Shown here: positions 31,273 to 42,378 of the stretch, piece after piece
Layout of the letters: each line of letters opens with the position of its first letter
Position numbering within the stretch: position 1 is the stretch's first letter
Assembly (NCBI GenBank): GCA_963805855.1
Contig: CAWDVW010000003.1
Span: forward strand, 1 to 64,000
DNA length: 64,000 nt
Reading direction: 5' to 3'
From: Candidatus Dadabacteria bacterium
GTDB lineage: Bacteria; Desulfobacterota_D; UBA1144; Nemesobacterales; CSP1-2
Notes under the pieces: model-generated
The model's input: the letters and a program-made list of their open reading frames with translations, nothing else
What the model was told of the DNA's origin: nothing
The model's database searches: none
Program-made: the position numbers and the translations under genes

Positions 31273-31572
31273 ACGGATAAAAACCCTGAGCTTATTTTGC
31301 TCTGAAATTGAGAATTAAAATAACCAGTTCAGGTGGGTTTTGGAAGTTAATTTGCTTCATAATTATGACTCGCAATTTCCCTGGCTTGCTCCGGGGTTGC
31401 CAGTGAGTCATTGCGAAGGACTGAGAGGACTGAAGTAATCTCTCACATTTTCGTGAATCTTTAACTTTCAACCCTTATTTCAAAAACGGGTCTATACTTA
31501 GGTTAAACATGCAATGGTTCGTTATTCAAACTCAAAATATTGAGAGGAAAAGTGCAGAGATTGATTTTTAAG

Positions 31573-34500
31573 ATGAAAAGCCTGTCAAAGCTCATTTTTG
31601 CACTATTAGCTTTTTCTACCTTCCTCGGGCCTCACAATTCATTTGCCTTTGGAGAAAACTATGACGAACTCGGGTTTAAAAAGAACAAGACCTATTTGAG
31701 ATTTTCTCCCGGGGAATATGTAAATATTTTTTCTGGAAACCTATTGCTAACACATACCGACCTTATCCTACCCGGTAACGGTGGCTTCAATCTAAAGCTT
31801 CAGAGGACTTACAACAGTAAGTTGTTCGCAGACTTCACAAATATAGATAATCCCACGATCTCAGGTTTAACATTAGGTAGCTTAGGCTTGGGCTGGGACA
31901 TGCATTTTGGGAGGATCAGCGACTATGGATTGACCGTGATTAATGATCCTAATGAATTTTTTCTACAGATGCCAGATGGCTCTATTCATCAGATATATAA
32001 CAACAACCATCCAAACATAACTTCACATGTCGGCAGAACATACATTACCGAGGATTTTTGGATCATAGATTATGATCCGGCAACCGATCAATATACCATG
32101 ATGCTGCCTGATGGAACTGAATATTCCTTTAGTCGGAGGGTCACAAACGGGTTTTCGTATAGTTTTCTGTATGTAACTTCAATAAGGGATAAGAATGGTA
32201 ATGAGATTGCGATTGAATACTACGATTGCTGTAATATGACTAATAACGATCCTGATACCGGCATAATAGGTACATGTCCCGATCCAACTAATGCGGCTAC
32301 AATTACACGATACATTAAAAAGGTTACTGATAGTGTGGGAAGAGAGATCAATTTTACCATGCTCAATACTATGTGTCGTGGGAACGCAATCAATTCTATT
32401 GATGCGAATGGAAATGTTTATAATTATCTTTATTTCCCCGGAGATGATAGGCCATCTACTACGTGGTTACATTGGGATGGAGGATCAGGACGTCTTTTGG
32501 CGGAGGTCCAACCTCCCGAAGGCCCAAGCTGGCAATATTTCTATGATGTTGATCCAAACGACAGCGAACCTGATGGTGAGTTAATCTCGGTTACATATCC
32601 CTCAGGCGGCGTTGCCCAATATGATTATGAAACGGTTGTATTCGACCTTTTAAATTCCCCAAGCGCAACTTCGCCCGTCCAGTTTCGGATGTTAGCGTCC
32701 AGAACCGCATCCGGACCAGATATAACCTCAGGGACGTGGATGTTTGACTATGATCCAATAAATACTCAAGACATCACGACCATTACCGATTCATGCGGCA
32801 ATAAAGAGATTTATGAGTTCTTCGGCTTACGAGCGGGTTCTTTTAATGGTGGGTGGAGCATAGGTTTGCTCAATAACAAGGAAGTAAGGGATAGTGTTAA
32901 TCTTATATTCGAAGCCGACAATAATATGTGGACTCCGTATCAAATCTCTAATGACGGGACTGATCCGATTGCCGAGACAGCGGGGATATTTTTACCACTT
33001 TTGGATGGAGAGACCATTACCAGGGATGGCGTCAATTTCATTACCGATTTTACATATAACACATTTTATGACTCGCCAACTCAGATTGCAGAAACTGGTG
33101 AAATGTCAAGAACCACCGACATTACATATTTTGAAGACCTTAGCGCCGGTAATTACATCATCGGAAAGCCCCTTGTTACCACGACAACGGTAGATACTGA
33201 AAGTAAAACAATTATTAACACTTACGACATTAGTGGAAACCTGCTCTCAGAAGATAACTTTGGAGTCCTGACGGAATATTCGTATCACCCGGATGGAAAT
33301 CTTGAGTGGCAGCGAAACGCGAGAGGGTTCTACACCCATTTTGATCAATACAGTTTTGGTGTCGCCGGACGAATAAGATTGGGTTCGTCTGACGACCTTG
33401 CAAGCGATCCAACAATTGTTGAGTCAAAAACGATCAACTGGGAAGGAACGATTTCGAGCTTTACAAACGGGAGGGGGGATGCCACTTCGTACAGTTATGA
33501 TGGTTTAAACAGACTAACTTCCATAACGCCTCCTCCGAGTGGCGAGGTGCAAACGACGATTGAATACGATAACCTCAACGCTCGGTCGATGATAATTCGA
33601 AAAAGCGATTCGTCTGTCCAGCATTTTCTCGATGGGTTTGGAAGACCGATTGGCACATTTTCTACAACAAGCGTACAAACTGAAATCGATTACGATGCGT
33701 GCGGCAGCAAGGTATATGAGTCGCTTCCTTTTGACATATTTACTCCCAACGTGGGAGAAAGCTTTACCTACGATCCCCTTGGCAGAATTAAAAGCATGAC
33801 ACATCCGGATAATACAAAGATAGATTTATCCTATTCGGGGAATTCAGTAATCGTGAAGAACGAACGAAATATAAATACGACTTTAAATTATGCATCCTTC
33901 GGTGACCCCGATGAAAAAAGGCTCAGCAGTGTGTTAGACGCTGACAACAACACGACCTCCTATGAATACGATCTTCTGGGAAATATCACGCGGGTGGATT
34001 CACCTCAGGGAAACGATCGAGTCTTTACATATAATTCCAAAAACTTCCTCATTTCTGAGAGCCATCCCGAGAGCGGAACAACTATGTTTGGCCACGACGA
34101 GATTGGAAATGTTACATCTAAAACAAATGCCGATGGGAGCTCAATCGACTTCCAATATGATCGTCTTAACCGTTTGACGTTAGTTGACCATCCCAGTGGG
34201 GAGGATGATGTTATTCTTGACTACGATGATGCAAGCAACAGGACACTTATGGAGAGCAGCTCTGCCAGTTATTCATATGCCTTCCAGTATGACCAGTCAA
34301 ACAGGCTAACGAGAGAGGACGTCAATATCGGAGTTATAAGCTATAGTGTTGACTTTATATACGACGGGGAAAATAATCTTATCCAGTCGATATACCCTTC
34401 AGGTGAGGTTGTAGATTACACCTACGATGCGGATGGCAGGATACTCGATATCCCACCGTCAGCCGGTAATTTTTCATACCATCCTTCGGGTGGTCCAACT

Positions 34501-37500
34501 CACTTCGATAATCAAATCGGGGTTTCGTCGGATTTCACATACGACAATCGCAGTCGTCTAAAGACCCTACAGGTATCACGAACATTTCCATATCTACTGG
34601 TAACTAAAGAGGGTTTGGGTAATGGTACGGTAACGAGCAACCCGATTGGAATAGATTGTGGCAGTGACTGTGCATTGCTTGAAGGTGCTGAAGGGACTGA
34701 AGTGACACTTACACAGACGCCTGATCCGGATTCAAATTTTGTTAGCTGGGGAGGGGATCCCGATTGTATCGATGGTGTGGTAACGATGATAGGGACAAAG
34801 GTGTGTATCGCGACATATGTATTAAAAGCGAATCAGGAAACACTCACGGTCACAAAGGATGGAAGTGGAACAGGTACAGTAACAAGCAGCCCTCCCGGAA
34901 TAGATTGTGGCAGTGATTGCACTGAGAATTATGATGTGAATACCGAGGTTACACTAACTGCTACTCCAGATACCGGCTTTGTCTTTCTTAGCTGGGGTGG
35001 AGACCCGGATTGTTCAGATGGCGTTGTCACAATGGACGCAAACAAGACCTGTAATGCTACTTTTGGGCTTCAGCAGTTTACGCTTAATGTTGTAAATCTT
35101 AGTGACGGTTTTGGAAGTGGAATAATTACGAGTAGTCCCGCCGGTATTTCATGCGGCGGAGATTGCTCGGAGGCCTATGATGAGAATACGCAGGTAACTC
35201 TTACACCCATGCCCGACCCGGGATCGCAATTTGGGAGCTGGAGTGGAGCTTGTGACACTAATGGTATGGTTACAATGGATTCGGACAAATCATGCGGCGC
35301 AACCTTCGTTAAATTTTTTACCCTGACAATTCAAAAGAATGGAACCGGTTCAGGAACGATAACCAGTAATCCTCCTGGAATAGATTGCGGAGCAGATTGT
35401 TCGGAATCATATGGAGCAAATTCCATAGTAAGCTTTAATATAACAGCGGATCCTGGATCAACATTTGTTGGCTGGAGTGGACCTTCAGGATGCCCAACCT
35501 CTCCGACATCGAGTGCTTTGATGGTTTCGGACTTGGCATGCACTGCTACATTTGAATTAATTACAGTTCACTCATTAACTGTAAACAAAGCTGGGACAGG
35601 CGATGGTACGGTTACGAGCAGCCCAGCTGGTATAGATTGTGGTGCTGATTGCACGGAGAATTACAACGACGGAACAAACGTGACTCTTACTGTAACGCCA
35701 GACCCAGGTTCAGGCCTTACCGGATGGAGCGGCGACGCCGATTGTTCAGATGGCGTTGTGACAATGGATGCCGCTAAGAGTTGTACCGCTAATTTTACTC
35801 TGATCATACAGCATCCGCTGACGGTGACGAAAGAAGGAACTGGAACCGGGACGATTACGAGTAGTCCCGGGGGAATAGACTGCGGCGCTGATTGCGCTGA
35901 AAATTATGATGAAAATACTGTTGTAACACTAACTGCAACACCGGACGCGGGATCGATCTTTGATGGGTGGAGTGGAGATGCGGACTGCTCTGATGACGTA
36001 GTTACTATGTCGGCATCTACAGTTTGTAACGCTACTTTCTCCCTCTCAACACAACAATTTACACTCACAGTGAGCAAATTGGGTACAGGATCGGGAACAG
36101 TAACCAGTAATCCTCTAGGAGTAGATTGCGGATCAGATTGTGCGGAGAATTATGTGGAGAGTACCGTTGTAACATTAACTTCAACACCGGACGCGGGATC
36201 AGTTTTTGGTGGTTGGAGTGGAGGTGCGGACTGCTCCGATGGTGTAGTTCTCATGGATGCAAACAAGAATTGCACTGCGACTTTCGATTTAATCCCACCA
36301 CAGCAGTTTGCACTTACTGTTGGCGTAACGGGCTCTGGGAGTGGAACGATAACAAGCACTCCTGCAGGGATAGACTGCGGCGCAGACTGTGCAGAGAATT
36401 ACGACGGAAATACCCAGGTAACACTAACAGTAACGCCTGATGCTGGATCGATCTTTACGATATGGATGGGTGACGCTGACTGCGCGGATGGGGTTATAAC
36501 ATTGGATGCGAGCAAGACATGCACAGCCGAGATCCTGCTTGAAGATCAACCGAACCAGCTATTTGTAGAAGTTGAGAAGTTACCGTTTGTCCCATCCGCG
36601 ACCGTATCCATTGAGGGAGACCTAGCTATAGTAGGCGCCCGGTCTGCGGACCCTTCGGGTAATACTGATCAAGGTTCCGCATTTATATTCGAACGTGATG
36701 TTAATGGCGTCTGGCAGCAAGTAGAGGAAATTACGGCGAGTGACGGTGCCGCGGGAGATAATTTTGGGACTACTGTTTCGATAAGTGGGGATTGGATTGT
36801 TGTGGGACTTGCAGTATCTGACATTGTTACTCCCGGTCATGGAAAGCAAGGTAAAGCATACCTATTTCAGAGAGATGTGAACGGAGTTTGGAGTGAGCAA
36901 GGGATTCTTTCTGCGATAGATGGAAAGACCAACGACCAGTATGGCGAACAAGCAATTATCAGGGGAGACAAGCTTGCGGTTCGCGCTCACTCGGCCGATG
37001 TTGGCGCGGATGTTGGGCGCGGCGCTGTTTATGTATACGAAAAGGACCAAAATGACCTTTGGAATCAGGTAGCAAAATTATCTTCGCCTGTACCTGATCA
37101 AGTCATTGCGGACCCGCCCGATTTCTTGTTTGGGATTGATAAGATGGCATTTAGTGGCGATAAGCTCCTAACTCAGTTTAAGTCAGGAAGTTTTCTTGCG
37201 ACAGTATATTTTGATATCTTTGAACGAAGCACTTCTGGAACCTGGGGCCACGCATTTACCAAACTGAATTTAAGTCTCCGGCAGGGAGGGATCGATGGTG
37301 ACGCGGCTATCGTTGGCGGTGAGGTTTTCAAAAGAATTAGCAGCAGTAATTGGGCACAAGTACAATCTTTAGGCTTAGCAGATGCCTACATAAGTGGTCA
37401 ATTTGCACTTGTTGGATCGACAATCTATAAAAAGCAAAGCAACGGCTTATGGAGTTTATTCCAAACACTTGATAAAGAAGGGCCATCCGATATCAGAGGT

Positions 37501-39534
37501 GATAGATTGATTATTGAAGATGGTAACCCATACATATTTGAGTTTGGAGACGCTTTTAAACTCACCGTCACAAAGTCAGGTACAGGAACCGGGAGCGTTA
37601 CAAGCACGCCTGTTGGAGTGAGCTGTGACGAATCGTGTCTAAATGACTCTGGGGATTTCTTAGCAGGTACTGAAGTAACTCTTACACCCGTGCCGGGGAG
37701 TATTTCGGTGTTTACCGGCTGGGGTGGGGATCCTGATTGTGCGGATGGAGTGGTCACTATGGACGCTAATAAAGTTTGCGCAGCGAATTTTGATACAGCC
37801 GCAAATACCTTTACTTTGACAACAATTAAGTCAGGAGAACATCAATCTAAGCTTATTGTTAGCGATCCACCGGGTATTTCTTGTGGATTTGATTGTACAG
37901 AGGATTATGCTGAAAATAGACAAGTGACTCTGTCAACTTCAGGAGACGCGTCGGTGTTTTTTCTGGGTTGGAGAGGGGATCCCGATTGTGCAGATGGTGT
38001 GGTTACTATGGATGCTGATAAGACCTGCATCGGCACTTTTGAATTTGGTTGTAGCTGCGATTTGGGGGGGGCGATAGTAGGCACAAGCGGGAACGATACT
38101 ATTAACGGAACAAGCGGGGACGATATCATATGCGGCTTAGAGGGCGACGATGTTATAGACGGAAGAGGAGGAGATGACTGCATATATGGGGCCGCTGGTA
38201 ATGACACGCTCAGGGGTGATCGCGGGAATGATAGCCTTCGGGGAGGACTGGGCAATGACACTATAGAGGGTGAAAGGGGGCTTGATGAACTGAGAGGCGG
38301 GGACGGTGATGATTCTCTTGACGGTGGGCAAGATACGGATCAGCTCTTCGGAGGGAATGGCATAGATACTTGTTTGAACGGTGAGAGTAATACCGATTGT
38401 GAGTTGCCGGCGACTCAACACACACTTACCGTAAGCAAGAGTGGCACTGGAGGGGGTACAGTTACTAGTAACCCTGCTGGAATAGATTGCGGGGCCGATT
38501 GTACAGAGAATTTTATCGAGAATACATCTGTAACCCTTACCGGAACTCCGGATGCCGGGTCAAGCTTCGCTGGCTGGAGTGGAGACTGCGACGTCAACGG
38601 AATGGTTACCATGAATGCAGCTAAAAGCTGCACCGCTACCTTTGATACTATACCTGTGCAGCAGTTTACCTTAAACGTAAATGCAATAGGTACGGGATCA
38701 GGAACGATAACCAGTAGCCCGTCGGGAATAGACTGCGGCGTTGATTGCGCAGGGGATTACAATGACGGAACTAACGTTACTCTTACTGCGACGCCAGACG
38801 CTGGGTCCACATTTGATGGGTGGGGTGGAGACTGCGACGTTAATGGAATGGTTACAATGGACGCAGCCAGGAGCTGTAGCGCGACTTTTACAGCTTCCTC
38901 ACAGCTGTTTACCCTGACTGTCGACCTTAGTGGTACAGGCACAGGTACTGTAACGAGTAATGCCCCAGGCATTGATTGTGGTATTGATTGTACTGAAGAT
39001 TATGCTGTTAATACCGACGTTACTCTAACACCGACTCCTGACACAGGTTCAACATTCGTCGGATGGTCGGGGGATTCAGATTGCTCAGATGGCACGATTA
39101 TAATGGATGCAAATAAGAATTGTAGCGCCGCATTTGATATTCAATCCCAGGACCCATGTGACTGTAATAATCCCAATGCAATTCTCGGAACAAGCGGAAA
39201 TGATACCCTGACCGGCACACGTCAAAGCGATATCATATGCGGTTTCGCTGGTGATGATACCTTGATCGGTGAAGGTGGAAGCGATTGTCTCTTTGGCGGT
39301 GCGGGAAATGATACCATCCAGGGTGATAACGGGGCGGATAATCTCTTTGGCGGTGATGACAATGATGTCATTCAAGGTGGTAAAGGAAACGATCTTCTGG
39401 ACGGTGGGAATGGAACAGATGATCTTGATGGCGGGAGGAATACTGACACGTGTTTAAACGGTGAAACAAATACCAACTGCGAACAATTTAGTAGCTTAAA
39501 AACATTATTGCTCCGTTTAGGAGAGGTCGGATGA
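31573..39534 (+). CDS. Giant secreted RHS/YD-repeat protein fused to 13 Cys-containing Ig-like (divergent InlB-B-like) repeats, an FG-GAP-like propeller and two RTX Ca-binding blocks
   Basis: Sec signal; VNIFSGNL...LPGNGG..L..RTYNS RHS N-terminus; YD repeats to about 34575; repeats of LTV.K.G.G.GTVTS.P.GIDCG.DC; AGDNFG.TVSISGD; GG.GNDTL.G nonapeptides. Confidence 0.9.
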   Translation: MKSLSKLIFALLAFSTFLGPHNSFAFGENYDELGFKKNKTYLRFSPGEYVNIFSGNLLLTHTDLILPGNGGFNLKLQRTYNSKLFADFTNIDNPTISGLTLGSLGLGWDMHFGRISDYGLTVINDPNEFFLQMPDGSIHQIYNNNHPNITSHVGRTYITEDFWIIDYDPATDQYTMMLPDGTEYSFSRRVTNGFSYSFLYVTSIRDKNGNEIAIEYYDCCNMTNNDPDTGIIGTCPDPTNAATITRYIKKVTDSVGREINFTMLNTMCRGNAINSIDANGNVYNYLYFPGDDRPSTTWLHWDGGSGRLLAEVQPPEGPSWQYFYDVDPNDSEPDGELISVTYPSGGVAQYDYETVVFDLLNSPSATSPVQFRMLASRTASGPDITSGTWMFDYDPINTQDITTITDSCGNKEIYEFFGLRAGSFNGGWSIGLLNNKEVRDSVNLIFEADNNMWTPYQISNDGTDPIAETAGIFLPLLDGETITRDGVNFITDFTYNTFYDSPTQIAETGEMSRTTDITYFEDLSAGNYIIGKPLVTTTTVDTESKTIINTYDISGNLLSEDNFGVLTEYSYHPDGNLEWQRNARGFYTHFDQYSFGVAGRIRLGSSDDLASDPTIVESKTINWEGTISSFTNGRGDATSYSYDGLNRLTSITPPPSGEVQTTIEYDNLNARSMIIRKSDSSVQHFLDGFGRPIGTFSTTSVQTEIDYDACGSKVYESLPFDIFTPNVGESFTYDPLGRIKSMTHPDNTKIDLSYSGNSVIVKNERNINTTLNYASFGDPDEKRLSSVLDADNNTTSYEYDLLGNITRVDSPQGNDRVFTYNSKNFLISESHPESGTTMFGHDEIGNVTSKTNADGSSIDFQYDRLNRLTLVDHPSGEDDVILDYDDASNRTLMESSSASYSYAFQYDQSNRLTREDVNIGVISYSVDFIYDGENNLIQSIYPSGEVVDYTYDADGRILDIPPSAGNFSYHPSGGPTHFDNQIGVSSDFTYDNRSRLKTLQVSRTFPYLLVTKEGLGNGTVTSNPIGIDCGSDCALLEGAEGTEVTLTQTPDPDSNFVSWGGDPDCIDGVVTMIGTKVCIATYVLKANQETLTVTKDGSGTGTVTSSPPGIDCGSDCTENYDVNTEVTLTATPDTGFVFLSWGGDPDCSDGVVTMDANKTCNATFGLQQFTLNVVNLSDGFGSGIITSSPAGISCGGDCSEAYDENTQVTLTPMPDPGSQFGSWSGACDTNGMVTMDSDKSCGATFVKFFTLTIQKNGTGSGTITSNPPGIDCGADCSESYGANSIVSFNITADPGSTFVGWSGPSGCPTSPTSSALMVSDLACTATFELITVHSLTVNKAGTGDGTVTSSPAGIDCGADCTENYNDGTNVTLTVTPDPGSGLTGWSGDADCSDGVVTMDAAKSCTANFTLIIQHPLTVTKEGTGTGTITSSPGGIDCGADCAENYDENTVVTLTATPDAGSIFDGWSGDADCSDDVVTMSASTVCNATFSLSTQQFTLTVSKLGTGSGTVTSNPLGVDCGSDCAENYVESTVVTLTSTPDAGSVFGGWSGGADCSDGVVLMDANKNCTATFDLIPPQQFALTVGVTGSGSGTITSTPAGIDCGADCAENYDGNTQVTLTVTPDAGSIFTIWMGDADCADGVITLDASKTCTAEILLEDQPNQLFVEVEKLPFVPSATVSIEGDLAIVGARSADPSGNTDQGSAFIFERDVNGVWQQVEEITASDGAAGDNFGTTVSISGDWIVVGLAVSDIVTPGHGKQGKAYLFQRDVNGVWSEQGILSAIDGKTNDQYGEQAIIRGDKLAVRAHSADVGADVGRGAVYVYEKDQNDLWNQVAKLSSPVPDQVIADPPDFLFGIDKMAFSGDKLLTQFKSGSFLATVYFDIFERSTSGTWGHAFTKLNLSLRQGGIDGDAAIVGGEVFKRISSSNWAQVQSLGLADAYISGQFALVGSTIYKKQSNGLWSLFQTLDKEGPSDIRGDRLIIEDGNPYIFEFGDAFKLTVTKSGTGTGSVTSTPVGVSCDESCLNDSGDFLAGTEVTLTPVPGSISVFTGWGGDPDCADGVVTMDANKVCAANFDTAANTFTLTTIKSGEHQSKLIVSDPPGISCGFDCTEDYAENRQVTLSTSGDASVFFLGWRGDPDCADGVVTMDADKTCIGTFEFGCSCDLGGAIVGTSGNDTINGTSGDDIICGLEGDDVIDGRGGDDCIYGAAGNDTLRGDRGNDSLRGGLGNDTIEGERGLDELRGGDGDDSLDGGQDTDQLFGGNGIDTCLNGESNTDCELPATQHTLTVSKSGTGGGTVTSNPAGIDCGADCTENFIENTSVTLTGTPDAGSSFAGWSGDCDVNGMVTMNAAKSCTATFDTIPVQQFTLNVNAIGTGSGTITSSPSGIDCGVDCAGDYNDGTNVTLTATPDAGSTFDGWGGDCDVNGMVTMDAARSCSATFTASSQLFTLTVDLSGTGTGTVTSNAPGIDCGIDCTEDYAVNTDVTLTPTPDTGSTFVGWSGDSDCSDGTIIMDANKNCSAAFDIQSQDPCDCNNPNAILGTSGNDTLTGTRQSDIICGFAGDDTLIGEGGSDCLFGGAGNDTIQGDNGADNLFGGDDNDVIQGGKGNDLLDGGNGTDDLDGGRNTDTCLNGETNTNCEQFSSLKTLLLRLGEVG

Positions 39535-40204
39535 TATTATCTGAGAAAGAAATTCCATTAAGTTCGCTGATACGTACTGGGAGACATCAACCTATAGGAG
39601 GTCGAAGGATAGATAAATGTTAGGTCTAATTTTATGCTGGATTGTTTCCTTAGTGCTGGCCCTTGTTTTGGTGTTTATTGTCTTAACATAGGAAGTTTAA
39701 AAAATAGGGACAATGGGCGTGACTACTCGTTACGGCGGATCATATTCTGTAGGTCTCACGGCAATAACATTTCCCTGTTCATTACAGCTTCTCGTGGGGA
39801 CATTGATCTTTCAATTTGAATTTGCTTGACGTGTACCTCAGGGCGGTGAGGCTTTGTTTATTTGTTTATCTAGACTGTTAACGTCTTCCCTTTCTTTGAC
39901 TCTCAAACCGAGGATTCGTGCACGTTGAGGCTCTTACAATCCTTTACTGCGGGGTGATGTTGCTCAGGATAACCTATTTGCGAGGCATTGGAGTTCGTTA
40001 GATTAGTAAGGAGTTGGGAATGATGTAGTATTACGAGAACATATTAGGTGTTCGTAAAAATAACTATATAAACAAAGAATCAAATAAACAATGCCGGACT
40101 CCAACTTCTCTTCTTAAAGTTTGGGCCCAAAGCGGGTTGCATCCCCTTTACTTATGAGGCGTTCGAGGTTTGATTTTATGATCGAAGTGTTTTTTGTTGA
40201 GAGA

Positions 40205-40232
40205 TGTAAAAACGGCTGTCTCTAAGTTAACA
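40205..40232. promoter_or_regulatory. Candidate BirA operator upstream of bioB
   Basis: TGTAAAA-N14-GTTAACA, close to the TGTtAAC-N14/15-GTTaACA consensus, about 50 nt before bioB. Confidence 0.55.
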
Positions 40233-40282
40233 TATATGCGTAAAAAAATATAAGTGGGAGCGTTACTGCAGCTGGAGGAAAC

Positions 40283-41272
40283 ATGAGCGGAGAAATAATA
40301 CGGTTTGTAACGAAAAAACTACTGGACAACAAAGAGCCTATAACATTTGATGAGGCTTACAGACTAGCTCTTCTTGGCGAGGAGCACTTACTTGACCTGG
40401 TCAGCCTTTCTTATAAGGTTATGGGGGCATATAAGGGCAAGGGTATCCATTTGTGTGGCATTATGAGTGCAAAAACCGGGAATTGTCCTGAGGACTGTGC
40501 TTTTTGTTCCCAATCCATTCACAGTGAGGGACCAACGCTTGTTTCCTCAATTATCGATCCCTCTCTTATACTCGAGTCAGCAAAAGAGGCAGAAAAATCT
40601 GGAGCCACTGAGTTTTGTATTGTAACAAGTGGTAAGGGACCGGACAAAAAAACCTTTAGAAAAGTTATCGATGCTGTCGAGTTAATCCACCGCTATACCA
40701 ATCTCAGTATTGGATGTTCCCTTGGGATATTAGCAGGAGAACAAGCAAAACTTCTTTCGAAAGCAGGAGTAAACCGATATAATCATAATCTTGAAACATC
40801 GCGAAGCTTCTTTCCTCATATTTGTACTACTCACAGCTATGAAGAGCGTGTTAAGACTGCGACTTTGGTCAAGGAAGAAGGAATGGAGCTATGTTGCGGG
40901 GGGATCCTGGGCATGGGAGAATCACTTGAACAAAGAGTTGAGTTTGCCTTTGAACTTCGAGATCTCGACCCTGCTTTAGTGCCTATAAACTTTCTTAATC
41001 CACGTCCTGGAACTGCTTTAGCTACGGAGTCTCCACTCACACCGATCGAAGCGATAAAAAGTATAGCCCTATTTAGGCTTATCCTTCCACAAAGTATTCT
41101 AATATGTGCGGGAGGAAGAGAGGTTGTCCTTAGAGAACTTCAGCCTTTGGCTTTGCTTGCCGGTGCGAACGGCCTCATAACAGGGAATTATCTCACAACA
41201 CAAGGACGTTCAACGAAAGAGGACTTACAGATGCTTAGGGATTTAAATATGTCTCCAGTGAAACTTAACTGA
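40283..41272 (+). CDS. bioB: Biotin synthase
   Basis: Radical SAM motif CPEDCAFCSQS, YNHNLET, CCGGILGMGE, VPINFL.PRPGT, GNYLTT.G. Confidence 0.96.
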   Translation: MSGEIIRFVTKKLLDNKEPITFDEAYRLALLGEEHLLDLVSLSYKVMGAYKGKGIHLCGIMSAKTGNCPEDCAFCSQSIHSEGPTLVSSIIDPSLILESAKEAEKSGATEFCIVTSGKGPDKKTFRKVIDAVELIHRYTNLSIGCSLGILAGEQAKLLSKAGVNRYNHNLETSRSFFPHICTTHSYEERVKTATLVKEEGMELCCGGILGMGESLEQRVEFAFELRDLDPALVPINFLNPRPGTALATESPLTPIEAIKSIALFRLILPQSILICAGGREVVLRELQPLALLAGANGLITGNYLTTQGRSTKEDLQMLRDLNMSPVKLN

Positions 41273-41642
41273 AAAATAGGTGGCAAAGATCGGAGCGAAT
41301 AGGTTTCTCTGTCTCAGCCTCCTATTTTATTAGAAGATTCATAAATTAAAGGAGCTGAACCATTTATTTGGAATTTGATTTCTCGGTTAGACGTCCTTGC
41401 GATCTGTAGTCTAATATTCTCTACACTTTCTTTTCGAATGGCATAATGAATTCATCGTAAAACTGCAGGGCAATCCTTTCATTGTGTTCTCCGTTAATAA
41501 TTGGGCTTTCAGGGGTTGATTACTGTCGGCTGCGTATATGTATAAAGTTTAGCGCGAAAAGGGGTTGCATTCCCTTTGATTTCTGTTTGTGAGTTCTATA
41601 ACCCCTGTTTTTGGTATAAGGAAATGAATTAGTAATCTAAAA

Positions 41643-42378
41643 CTACGAGACTATCTTTACCTCTCCGGTTTTGAGATCGTAATTTGCGCCTACAATTTTT
41701 ACCTTTCCTTCCTTCACCATGTCAGCTATTACAGGAACCGACCCATTCAGCTTATTAACCCCCATTTTTACGTTCGATAATATAGAATTTTCTAGAAGAT
41801 CACCAGGCTGACCTTTCACGGCTTCGACCGCGGGTTTAATTGTGGTTACGATATTATTTATGGAACCCGGGAATTTTGTACCCTTCTCGAGAGCTTCGAT
41901 AGCCCCAGCAACGGCTCCGCATCTGCTGTGTCCGAGCACCATTATCAACGGGGCTCCAAGGACTAAAGCCCCGTATTCGATACTGCCCAATACCCCGTAG
42001 TTTGCGGCATTGACAATGTTTCCGGCCACGCGTACGACAAAGATATCCCCTAGTCCCTGATCAAAATAATCTCGGGGGGAACACGAGAATCGGCACATGC
42101 AAGGATCACGGCGAAGGGATTTTGCCCCTCGGCTACTTCTATTCGACGCTCTTCCCTTCTTCCGGGATGTCCTGATATAGCTTCTTTGATATACCTCTTA
42201 TTACCTTCCATAAGTTTGTTCAGGGCTTGATCTCCGTTTTCTACGGAGGTCGACGGGCCCGCTTGTGCTTCAGCAATAGAAAGCGCCCCATATCAAAATT
42301 CAGTAGCCCCACGCCTAGCGTGCTCACTCCTGCGAGTTGTATAAACTTACGTCTTGAGAAACCAGAGTTATCGAGCAT
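41643..42378 (-). CDS. Tat-exported beta-class carbonic anhydrase, two homopolymer frameshifts (near 42290 and 42065)
   Basis: GGAGG RBS and MLDNSGFSRRKFI twin-arginine signal. Rejoined frames give LMEGNKRY, GQNPFAVILACADSRVPPEI(F)DQGLGDIFVVRVAGN and LGHSRCGAV. Confidence 0.88.

Noticed and set aside
34590-39135. Regularly spaced DNA repeats resembling an array
   Set aside because: They are in-frame protein domain repeats of about 230 bp with synonymous divergence, not CRISPR.
39535-40200. Possible immunity gene or RHS continuation
   Set aside because: Only short, motif-free ORFs; no YD or DPxG sequence found in the frames examined.
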